64,000 nucleotides of DNA. It comes from the human T2T-CHM13v2.0 reference genome, Homo sapiens. Made by a program: the position numbers and the translations under genes. The notes beneath the pieces were generated by a model. The model made no database searches and was not told the DNA's origin. It saw only the letters and a program-made list of their open reading frames with translations. The stretch lies in the NCBI RefSeq assembly GCF_009914755.1, contig NC_060945.1; one strand, given 5' to 3'. Numbering within the stretch: the stretch's first letter is position 1; the number at the start of each line of letters is the position of its first letter. Below are positions 52,893-64,000 of this stretch, in pieces.

Positions 52893-54460
52893 TTTTTTGT
52901 TGTTTTTTTGAGATGGGGTCTCACTCTGTCACCCAGGCTGGAGTGCAGTGGCACAATCTTGGCTCATGGCAGCCTCCACCTCCCAGGTTCAAGCAGTTTT
53001 CCTGCCTCAGTCTCCAAGTAGCTGGAATTACAGGTGTGTGCCACCACGCCTGGCTGAGTTTTGTATTTTTAGTAGAGACAGGGTTTTGCCATGTTGGCCA
53101 GGCTGGTCTCAAACTCCTGATTTCAAGTGATCCACTCACCTTGGCTCCCTCAAAGTGCTAGGAATACAGGCGTGAGCCACTGCGCCCAGCCAGGATTTTT
53201 TGTTTTTTCACGTTTTCAAATTGAAAATCTTATTGAGGTTATTATAGATCATGTGCAGATCTAACAGATAATACAGAGAAATCCCTATGCATTTTTCTCA
53301 GAGTCCCCCAGTGGTAACATTTTACAAAATGAGTATAATATCACAACCAGGATATTGAGATTGAAACAACACACCAATCGCAATCAGATCTCCTGAGTTT
53401 GACTTCTTTTTTTGTGCATGTGTGTATGTGTACATGTGTATTACATTCTGTACACTTTTGTCACCTGTGTAGATTATTCACCACCACAGTCACGATACTA
53501 AATAGTTGAACATCACAGGGATCTCTTATGTTGCCCTTGTATAATCATACCCACCTCCCTACTGCCACCACTCTCTGCAGCCCCTGGCAACTACCATTCT
53601 ATTCTGTATTTCTAAATTTAGTCATTTCATCAAAAATGTTATGTAAATGGAGTCATACAGTGTGCAACATTTGGGGATTGGCTTTTGCTTTTTTCTTTTT
53701 TTGAGGCAGGGTCTCACTCTCTCACCCAGGCTGGAGTTCAGCGGTATAATCACGGCTCACGGCAGCCTTCACCTCCCAGGCTCAAGTGATCCTCCCACCT
53801 CAGCCTCCTGAGTAGCTGGGACTACACCTGCATGCCACCACTCCTGGCTAATTTTTGTATTTTTTGTAAAGATGCGGTTTTGGTATACTGCCCAGGCTGG
53901 TCTTGAACTCCTGGGCTCAAGTGATCTACCCCCCTGGGCCTCCCAAAGTGCTAAGATGATAGGTGTGAGCCACCGTGCCCAGCCAGGATTGGCTTTTTCA
54001 CTCAGCATAATCACCCAAAGATTTATCAAAGCTGTGTGTATCAAGTTTGCTCTTTTTTTATTACTGAGCGTATTTTATGGCATATAGTACAACAGCTTGT
54101 TTTTACTGTTTACCTGTCGAATGACAACATCTGGGCTGATCCCATTTTTTGGTGATTACAAATAAAGCTGCTGTTAACATTTGTGTACAGGTTTTTGTGT
54201 GAACTTAGATTTCATTTCTCTAGGATAAATGCCCAAGAGTGCAATTGCTGGGTCCTATGGCAATTTAATGTTTAGTTTTTTAAGAAACTGCCAAACTGCC
54301 AAACTGTTTTTTCACAGTGACTCTACCTTTTATATTCTTACTAGCAGTGTATGAATGATTCACTTTCACTTTTTCTTCATTTTTGCCAGCATTTACAATT
54401 GTCACAGTTTTTTATTTTAGCCATCATGATAGTTATATACTGATATCTCATTGTGGTCAG
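52893..54460 (-). mobile_element. AluS (52893-53191), then an old L1M 3' fragment interrupted by AluJ (53689-53984)
   Basis: Antisense L1M 3'UTR motifs (aataaagctgctgttaacatttgtgtacagg); AluJ TSD ggattggctttt. Confidence 0.8.
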
Positions 54461-55750
54461 TTAAAAAAATCTGTATGTTAGAAAAGATACTGTTTACTTG
54501 TATTTGAAAGGTTTAATTGTAACCTTTTAAATACATATGGTGAGTATGAATATGCTTTGCTATTTCAGTTTTTCAGAATATATTTTGTGTTACAAATTTT
54601 TGTGCTACCTTTTTAATTTGTAAGAATAAGACATGTCAGTATTAACTGCTAACTTTTTTCCCACTAGATACCTTTGGCACTGTTAGCTAATGATTCTTAA
54701 CTGTTGTCTCAAGACAACTATGTTTCAAATGATCTCAAATGATGTTGTAATTTTCAAAAATAGTATCAAATGTTAATTCATTTATTTTGTAATTAAATGT
54801 TCAGTGGGATAAATTAAGCGAATAGTGTTTGGGATCATAGTTAAGGAATTAGAAATTACCAATGTATATTTCTTCTCCAAAGTATATATTTAGCTGCAAT
54901 GGAAACACGACCGGTTGTTGTACTGTGATCCAAAAGTTGATAGACTGGTTCCAGTAGATACACAGTGAAGATATGTTTCTTAGCAGTGATCTGACTAGCT
55001 GAAAGCAGAAGTTTAGGTCATGTTCTTTTATGAATAAGCCTATACATCTTTTAGGTAAAAGTCTCCCATTTACTTGTTTAAATAGTGTTTTTTGACCACC
55101 TCCTGTGTTCTAGAATATTTGGTAATAGATTAAGTCTACTGCCTTGAGCCTTTGGGATTTATAGACCAGGTGAGAAAGGATATAAATATCAATAACGTTA
55201 GTACAAGGTAAAAAATAAGGAATGCCACTAGGAATTCATGCCATGTTTTATAGAATTTGTTTAAAGGAAGGAGACAGTATTTTCTCATCTGGGAGATAAG
55301 TATAGGCTTCTGGGAGGAGGTGGCTTTTGAGCAAGATCTTGAAGAGTGGGTGGGATTTGGTTAGGTAGCAGTGTTCATAAAGGATTCTGGATAAATAGAA
55401 TAATGTGAACAAAATTGCATAGTTGTGAAAAGCGCTCAGTGTGTTTTTAGCTGGTCGTTGGTATGTGAATAAGAGAATGTGGGAGTTAACACTGGAGAGA
55501 TATGTCGGGGTCAGAGGATGTCAGGTTTGTTTATTAGGAGTTTAAGAGTGCAATTCATAATTTTTGAATGGTGTATGAACAGAGCTTTGTTTTAGGAACA
55601 CTAAACTGAAAGAATATGCATGTGAAGAAGGAGGCTGAAGTTAGGGGAATGTTTAGGAGACTGTTAAGGAATCCAAACCAGACTTGACTGCATTAGTGTG
55701 GTTTAATCTGGGCTGGAAAGTTGGACAAGAAGAGTACTTTGAGTGCATGG

Positions 55751-56066
55751 TTTTCTTTTTTTTTTTTTTTTATTTTGAGATGGAGTTTTTGCTCTTGTTG
55801 CCCAGGCTAGAGTGCAGGCCCAGACGTGATCTTGGCTCACTGCAACCTCCGCCTCCTGAGTTCAAGCAGTTCTCCTGCCTCAGCCTCCTAATTAGCTGGG
55901 ATTACAGATGTGCGCCACCACACCCGGCTAATTTTTGTATTTTTAGTAGAGATGGGGTTTCACCATGTTGGTCAGGCTGGTCTCGAACTCCTGACCTCAG
56001 GTGATCCCACCCCTGGCCTCAGCCTCCCAAAGTGCTGGGATTACAGGTGTGAGCCACCGCGCCTAG
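55751..56066 (-). mobile_element. AluS
   Basis: TSD gagtgcatggttttct. Confidence 0.92.
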
Positions 56067-56288
56067 CGAGTGCATGGTTTTCTAAATACTTGTTGACTTA
56101 AATGTTCTCAGTTGCCTGTGCATATGTAAGTTTTAACAAAATATTGATTCTAGAGTCTAACATTTTCTTTTCAAGATTGTAAGAATGGCAGAATTTCATG
56201 AGCCACTTCCTTGTTTATGATAGATTATGCATTCTCCCCTCTTGCTGAGTTTTTATGGCTTTGAGGTTTATGATTATGATTTTTTTAG

Positions 56289-56392
56289 GGCTGTGGCAGA
56301 AATTCTCAGGAGCAGCATGCCTTGAAGCACTATCTGACGCCAAGATCTGAACCTCACTGTCTGGTTCTTAGTTTGGACAACTGGAGTGTATG
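56289..56392 (+). CDS. USP16: USP16 exon 4 ([15 protein letters not shown]...)
   Basis: ttttag|GGC acceptor, ATG|GTGAGT donor, 104 nt. Confidence 0.96.
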
Positions 56393-56831
56393 GTGAGTTT
56401 CAGTTCCTCTGCCTCTTGGGTGGAAATTATTTGAAATATTAGAGAATGGAAATGTTTAAATATGTTTAAGAAGAAAGCAATTTAAAATTTTTGTAGTATG
56501 TTTTAAAATACCATCACTTTCACAAAGCTAAAGAATGCAGTATTATGAGAAGCTTTTACTTGGACGTTTGCACAAGCACAAACATTGTAACATAGAAGAC
56601 TTAAGAATCTTTACCCCTTTGTTTTTCTTGCTTGTGATATTATAAGGCATATAGTGGAGATAGGGACGCTAAGAACAAATTTCAGATAAAATTGTAATAA
56701 AATTTTGGCTATGAATTTGCATGAAAATAAATGTCAGTCTGGTATGTTATAGATGCTGCATTGTAACATCATTAAAACAGATTTTTACGTCTTAAAAATC
56801 ATTTTCACAGTAGTCTTCACTGAATGACATC

Positions 56832-57510
<679 letters not shown>

Positions 57511-57722
57511 CTACTTATATGCAGCCATAATTCTGGCTAATTTTATTAATAATAAACCAGAGTTAATATGCATAGTCTTCTTCAGGAAAACAGAATTTTT
57601 ACGTTCGGTTTCTTTAATAGAATAAGTTGGCAGTTACACACTTTGATTCCAGGAATTATTATTTGTCTCCCCCTTTTTAGTTGTCATTTTGTCATTTTTC
57701 ATCTCTGATTTTTGGGTCACAG

Positions 57723-57826
57723 GTGTTACGTATGTGATAATGAGGTCCAGTATTGTAGTTCAAACCAGTTGGGTCAAGTGGTTGATTATGTCAGAAAACA
57801 AGCCAGCATTACAACTCCAAAGCCAG
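57723..57826 (+). CDS. USP16: USP16 exon 5 (CYVCDNEV...)
   Basis: cacag|G acceptor, CAG|GTAAAA donor, 104 nt; completes the WCYxCD motif. Confidence 0.95.
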
Positions 57827-58727
57827 GTAAAATAATTTGTTTCTTTAATATACACCAAATGTCGATTTGTGTATCTGCTGATACTTAGATTTGTTATACT
57901 ACCTAGCATTACATACAGCTGAGTAACATTAGTTATGGTTGATTGCAAACTATGAAACTATTTTTGGTTTAACTATAAGGTATTAGAAGGGATATGAGAA
58001 ATGATCTAGTCAGATGTGATGAAGGCCATAGACTAAGGTAATGGCCATTAATGCTAAGACTAAGGTAATTCCCATAACCCTAGCCAGGCTTACTATAGAC
58101 CTGCCTTACACTGTTCTTACTGTCGTACATTTTGTAATAGCAAGATTTCAGTCTGTCTGCTGGGATAACATAAAGCATTTGTGATTCCTTCTAATGGTCA
58201 GATATTTCTTAGGTTCTTTCCATGCATAATTAAATTAATTGGCTGACATACAGCATTTGCTTTAAGCATGTTTTTTAAGTTTTTATTGTCACAAGTATCT
58301 TTGTCAGAGCCAGAATTATTTGTTTTTTACTTTAGGATTGATTTTTGACCCACAGAATTCATTAAAAAATTTATTTCATGTCCATGTTCTTGATTGTTTT
58401 ATATTCTTAATTTCACAAGGTAAGATGTGTTCATTTGTAAAGAATTTTCGTGCAGTAAAAAAGGGAGATTTATACCAAAGCACATACTGTTTGGTTTCAT
58501 TTATCAAACTAATGCTTACTTTAGGTCTGAGTATTTTTTGTTTACTGGGTTTTGTGTTTTTTTTCTGGATGGCAATTTACCTGTATCTATTTAAAATCAA
58601 ATGGGTGGGTGGGTTGGAAAGAATGACTTCAGGTAAACTCACAAACTCTAGTACTGTTTCCCAAGTATACTTCTGCATTCGATATGACTGTATTACACAT
58701 TTTGCTAAATCTTTTCTTTTTTTAAAG

Positions 58728-58915
58728 CAGAGAAAGATAATGGAAATATTGAACTTGAAAATAAAAAATTAGAAAAAGAGAGTAAGAATGAACAAGAGAG
58801 AGAAAAGAAGGAAAACATGGCTAAAGAGAATCCTCCCATGAATTCTCCTTGCCAAATAACCGTGAAAGGACTCAGTAATTTGGGAAACACATGTTTCTTC
58901 AATGCAGTTATGCAG
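58728..58915 (+). CDS. USP16: USP16 exon 6, catalytic Cys box GLSNLGNTCFFNAVMQ
   Basis: NAGNAG acceptor (aag|cag|), CAG|GTACAT donor; cumulative count places the catalytic Cys at residue 205. Confidence 0.96.
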
Positions 58916-59001
58916 GTACATTGTCATTTTTTTCCCTTTAAAAAAGCTGTCCTTTTCCTCATAGAATCTGCTACTTACATTATTGAGTTTTTTCCACCTG
59001 A

Positions 59002-59336
<335 letters not shown>

Positions 59337-59785
59337 AAAGAAAACTTAAGGAAAGTTTTATTGCATGACAGTAAGAGAGTTTGGTGAGCACTCGGGTGCA
59401 GTGGGTTTGAAAGAAATATTGCTGCTTCTTTCATGGAGCTTGCACTTGGGTGGAGGAAACACAGGATAACCTCATATAGAAGCAAATACGTACCTACAGG
59501 TAGTGGTAAGTGGTTGTGAGAGAGTCATGGTGGAGGATTGGGGATAGCTACTTCTGATTGGGTGGTGGGAGAATGCCCCACTGAGGTGATGAATAAGCTC
59601 AGAACTGAAGTAGTTATGACCCAAATAGAGTAGGGAGAGAAGCATCTGTAACTTTTCATTTTCCAAGTATAGAGTTTTCAGTGTTGGTCATGATTTTCTG
59701 TTTTGATAGAATAGACACTTAAGAAGTGTCAGAGTTGATTTGCCTTTAAATAATTTTTCTCTTTTTTTTTCACCCTACATTCTAG

Positions 59786-59881
59786 AACTTGTCACAAACA
59801 CCAGTGCTTAGAGAACTACTAAAAGAAGTGAAAATGTCTGGAACAATTGTAAAAATTGAACCACCTGATTTGGCATTAACA
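59786..59881 (+). CDS. USP16: USP16 exon 7
   Basis: ttctag|AAC acceptor, ACA|GTATGT donor, 96 nt (NLSQTPVLRELL...). Confidence 0.94.
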
Positions 59882-60476
59882 GTATGTTCTTTAAACTTTT
59901 CTAGTCTGTAACTTTCCTCTCTGAATGTGTGTTTTCTAAATTATTTTAAATAACTGACACTCATTTCCACTGTTTTTGTTTGTTTTGTTTTACTTTAGGC
60001 TACTAACTTAAACAGTTTCAGGCTAATAGAAGTTATAAGGAGGCATTACATCTGTTTGCTGTGTGTGTGCTCTGTTTTTCTATGCTCGAGTGTTAAGCTT
60101 CCTTCTTGGGAATGTGTATATGTTTGAGAAGCCTTAGGCTTACATTATTATTTTTAACATCTTTAAGGTGACTTAAGAGCTGTGTAACCAAATAAATATT
60201 ACCTTATCCATTTTTATTATTTACATTTTGCTTTGGCTCTTTCAATTCTTAGGTAGTAAGTGTTCCAGATAATCTAAAACTAAAATAGTAGAGCTGAATT
60301 CTGCATAAGACAGTCTGTGACCAAACAGTTTCTATCTCTTTTGATGTACATTTTAAACTTTTAAATGGGGCAGTTCTGTCAGGAACATTGGTAGTATATG
60401 TTAACTAATTAGATTTTAGTAAAGTCAGTGATTCCAGAATTTGACTGAAGAAAGTAATTTCTTTTCCCATATTCAG

Positions 60477-60607
60477 GAACCATTAGAAATAAACCTTGAG
60501 CCTCCAGGCCCTCTTACTTTAGCCATGAGCCAGTTTCTTAATGAGATGCAAGAGACCAAAAAGGGGGTTGTGACACCGAAAGAACTCTTTTCTCAGGTCT
60601 GTAAAAA
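60477..60607 (+). CDS. USP16: USP16 exon 8
   Basis: ttcag|GAA acceptor, AAA|GTGAGT donor, 131 nt ([14 protein letters not shown]...). Confidence 0.94.
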
Positions 60608-60931
60608 GTGAGTATCCACTTCGATTGTGCTTTCAGTGCCTCAGTGAGATGCTGAGAAATAATATTAATATTAAATAGTAAAATATAAAAATATTAATAG
60701 CATTACATTTAGTCAACCCTCTATATACAAAAGGCATAGTTTTTTTTCATTTGGATTTTAAAATATATTTTATGTGATAGTTAAATCTCCCAAGGGTGTT
60801 AATGGACTAAACGGAAATTTGTAGAAACCAGAACTCTCTGAGATTTGGGATATGATCCTAAGATTTTCTAAAAATAGCTTCAGAGCTTAGTAGACTGAAG
60901 ATTGCTTTTCTGTCTTTTTGTTTTTCTCTAG

Positions 60932-61019
60932 AGCAGTGCGGTTTAAAGGCTATCAGCAGCAAGACAGCCAGGAGCTGCTTCGCTACTTATTGGATGGGAT
61001 GAGAGCAGAAGAACACCAA
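60932..61019 (+). CDS. USP16: USP16 exon 9 (QQQDSQELL motif)
   Basis: ctctag|A acceptor, CAA|GTTAGC donor, 88 nt. Confidence 0.94.
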
Positions 61020-62059
61020 GTTAGCATGTTATGACCATTGTATTTTATGATCTTATCTTCATAAGCTTTCTGTCTCATTTGATATCTTACGAGTTAAAAC
61101 AATGAAAGCTAGTTATTAAGGCCATCATACTTTAAAATTTTTTCTTACACCAGCTTTTTCAACTAGTATGTTTTCACCATTAGAATGAATCCAGAGAATT
61201 AGCAGTAATTCTCTTTCTCATGATGGCTTAAGTTTAGTTGATGTTTACAGCATTAATGTTCTTTAAAGATTCTGTTGTACTAACCTATACGAAGAGAGCT
61301 GCCAAATATTGGAAATTGTTTCTCCCAAACCCAGGTGCAGCACACCCTTACTTTTAATTCTGAGTCTGATTTAATACTGTTTTTTGAACCTAGGAAGTAT
61401 TTTCATTTTGTAAGAGTCAGGGAACATTGGTTGCATTTTAAAATTTTTGTTACTTGCCAGGATATAAAAAAATGTATTTGGGGTATGAATTAATGAGTAC
61501 TAATAATAGTGATAATAACTAATATTTATTTCGCACTTATTTTTATGCCAATCACTGTTTTCAGTGTTTTGTATTAATTCCCTTACTTCGTTCTCACAAA
61601 GTTTCTGTGAGGTGGATACTGTGATTTTTTCCTATTCCATAGATTGAGAATCTAGGCTGTAGAGAAGTTCAGTACCTAGTTTAAGGTCCCCCAGAAATAA
61701 TGGAGCTGGGCTTTAAGCACTGGAGTCAGACCCTGTGGCTGTCATGTAATCATTGTGCTTGTAGGACAAGCTATTTCAGTTTCTTCTCAAAGGTGGTGGG
61801 CATGTTCTGAAAACCTTTGGCTTGAAGAGGTTTAAGATCTTGAAATGATAAGATAATACCTTTATTCAATGGTTAGTGATTGCTTTGTGACATAATTCCT
61901 TTTTAGCTCCTTGAATTAAGTTTGAAAATGTGATTTTGGAATTATTTAGTAAATATGGGGAGCTGTATCCTGATCACTTTCTTGACTTGATTACATATTT
62001 CTAAGGAAAATAAAATTTAAAATTTAATAGTATATATATATCCATTTTATTACTTTTAG

Positions 62060-62138
62060 AGAGTGAGTAAAGGAATACTTAAAGCATTTGGTAATTCTAC
62101 TGAAAAGTTGGATGAAGAACTAAAAAATAAAGTTAAAG
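62060..62138 (+). CDS. USP16: USP16 exon 10
   Basis: ttttag|AGA acceptor, AAG|GTAATG donor, 79 nt. Confidence 0.92.
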
Positions 62139-63462
62139 GTAATGTCTGACTTTTTGAACTAAAACACTATAGTTGAATTCCTCTGTACCTTAGGACAAGA
62201 TTGCTGGCACATATATTTCCAAGTCCACAATTATTAATGTATAATTTCTCTTTATCAACGTTGATTAGTAAAAATTATTCAGTGCTCCAGAAGTGAACAG
62301 TTTTACCCCATGGTGTATTCTTTTTATGTATTAAAGATAGAACTATGATGAATTACAGTTTTACTTTTCAAAAGCTTAAAATTATAATTAGCAGTAATAC
62401 ATGAATTATATTTGTTACTGTGAGTTGTCAGTAGTTGGTTTATTAATCATGGAGCCAACTTAGTTCTTATTATGTGGCGTGTAAAGATTTAGGGCAGATC
62501 TGCCCAGTAGAACTTCCTATGTTGATGGAACTCCTCTATACCTTTGCTGTTCCATATAGAAGCAACTAGGCACGTGTGGCGCCTGAAATGTGACTGGTGA
62601 AACTGAGGAACTACATTTTTATTTTTATTTAATTGTAATTAAATTTAAATAGCCGTAAGTGACTAAGGGCACTGTATTATAAAGCACAGATTTGAATCAA
62701 CTCATAGCAACTCTTTGCCTCCTTGGTGCCCTTTAGAGCCTGGCCAGTAATGGAGAGAATTACCCCTGCTGGCATTTTCTGTCAGAAAAGTGTGGTTCTG
62801 CATAAATTATCATTTGAATAATGCTTATAGGTTTCACGTATTTGGAAAATTGGCTGATCAAGTAGTAAAATTATGGCTTTTAGTTATATTAAACTTATCA
62901 AGATTATTTCTGGGAGCATAGGAAAATAAAAGGAAGATTTTGTTTGAAATATTTTCCTGAGGTTTTTCTTTTGTTTTTAAAATATCAAAGGAGTTCAGTC
63001 TTAGAGTTCACAAAACAAGTTACATGCATTTTCTCTCCCAGTTTGCTACTCTGGTATCTTTTATCAGTCTTGAATGTTAGAATGTTAGAGCTAGAACTAA
63101 GGAACTAGGCTGTCATTCAGCCTACTCTGAGCTGTTCATTTTATACTAATGGAGAGAGAGAGAAAGACATAGAAGTCTCACTGACTTGCACAGTTTACTT
63201 CCCACTGACTAGATCTTGGATAAGGACTTTTTGTCTTATTCATAAAAGGCGATTGTGTTCAATTATGTTATGCTCAGAGGTGGAATATATAATACTGACT
63301 TCTATTGCTTAAAAAAGGTGATTATGAATGGAGGAAGAAGTCTGTGGGACAGGAAATTTAAAATAAAATTTTAGAGTTAGATAGGTAAGTAGTTTTAGCT
63401 TTTCTTGTTTAATTAATTATATAACGGTAATTGGTAATTGATAGACTTTTTTTTCTCCATAG

Positions 63463-63554
63463 ATTATGAGAAGAAAAAATCAATGCCAAGTTTTGTTGAC
63501 CGCATCTTTGGTGGTGAACTAACTAGTATGATCATGTGTGATCAATGCAGAACT
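63463..63554 (+). CDS. USP16: USP16 exon 11 ([19 protein letters not shown])
   Basis: ccatag|AT acceptor, ACT|GTAAGT donor, 92 nt. Confidence 0.95.
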
Positions 63555-63921
63555 GTAAGTAGATGTCATGTATACTGGGTTTATTTGCTAATATTCAACA
63601 GTTTATCAATTGTTTATTTCAAAAGCAGAAATCTCTACCTTCATAGGATATCTTTTTAAACTATTCAGATGCTATTCAGATGTGCATGGTTCTTTGTGGG
63701 AAATGTCAGCACTCCTTAAATCTTGAAGACGTTAAACAGTTTGATTTATTTCCCCCAACCCAAAGTCCTCAATGTTGTGTAATTTTTCATTTCAAATTTT
63801 CTTAAGCCTTTGTTTATTTTAAAACCCATCCCCTACTCCCCATCCCACAGGGCAGGGAGGATCTTACTATGTAACATTTACAGTATTTACATTTTTACAC
63901 TGTCTTTTCTGATTGGTTAAG

Positions 63922-63978
63922 GTCTCCTTGGTTCATGAATCTTTCCTTGATTTGTCCCTCCCAGTTTTAGATGATCAG
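63922..63978 (+). CDS. USP16: USP16 exon 12 (VSLVHESFLDLSLPVLDDQ); gene continues beyond the window
   Basis: ttaag|GTC acceptor, CAG|GTAAGA donor, 57 nt in frame. Confidence 0.94.
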
Positions 63979-64000
63979 GTAAGACTATTGAATTTATTTT

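Noticed and set aside
54894-55016. Possible cryptic exon or small RNA in USP16 intron 3
   Set aside because: Weak donor (AG|GTCATG) and no convincing C/D or H/ACA boxes.
58030-58070. Short direct repeat agactaaggtaat (similar micro-duplications at ~25708, ~54288, ~63661)
   Set aside because: Ordinary slippage-type duplications with no sign of function.

Overview
Human genomic DNA, recognisable from its encoded proteins as the chromosome 21 LTN1-RWDD2B-USP16 locus. It contains LTN1 exons 1-6 (minus strand, continuing past the left edge), a processed RPL23 pseudogene, the complete 5-exon RWDD2B gene (minus, 960-nt CDS = 319 aa) and USP16 exons 1-12 (plus, continuing past the right edge). Exon boundaries were read from splice signals and checked for reading-frame continuity. 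The rest is mostly repeats: about 50 Alu copies, a full SVA, a solo LTR12C, Tigger-family DNA transposons, and L1/L2/MIR/MaLR remnants. Most ORFs in the supplied track are Alu/SVA/LTR artefacts. I see no evidence of a wholly new multi-gene system. The best leads are smaller: (1) one target-site duplication (TSD) encloses both an Alu fragment and the SVA, suggesting a single chimeric insertion; (2) the USP16 leader has three uATGs 8 nt apart, one per frame, closed by a three-frame TAA cluster just before the main ATG; (3) an orphan promoter-like CpG island with a splice donor lies about 10 kb upstream of LTN1; (4) a ~65-nt polyadenylated LTR R-region retrocopy has its own TSD. Repeat subfamily names come from recall of consensus sequences and repeat coordinates are approximate.
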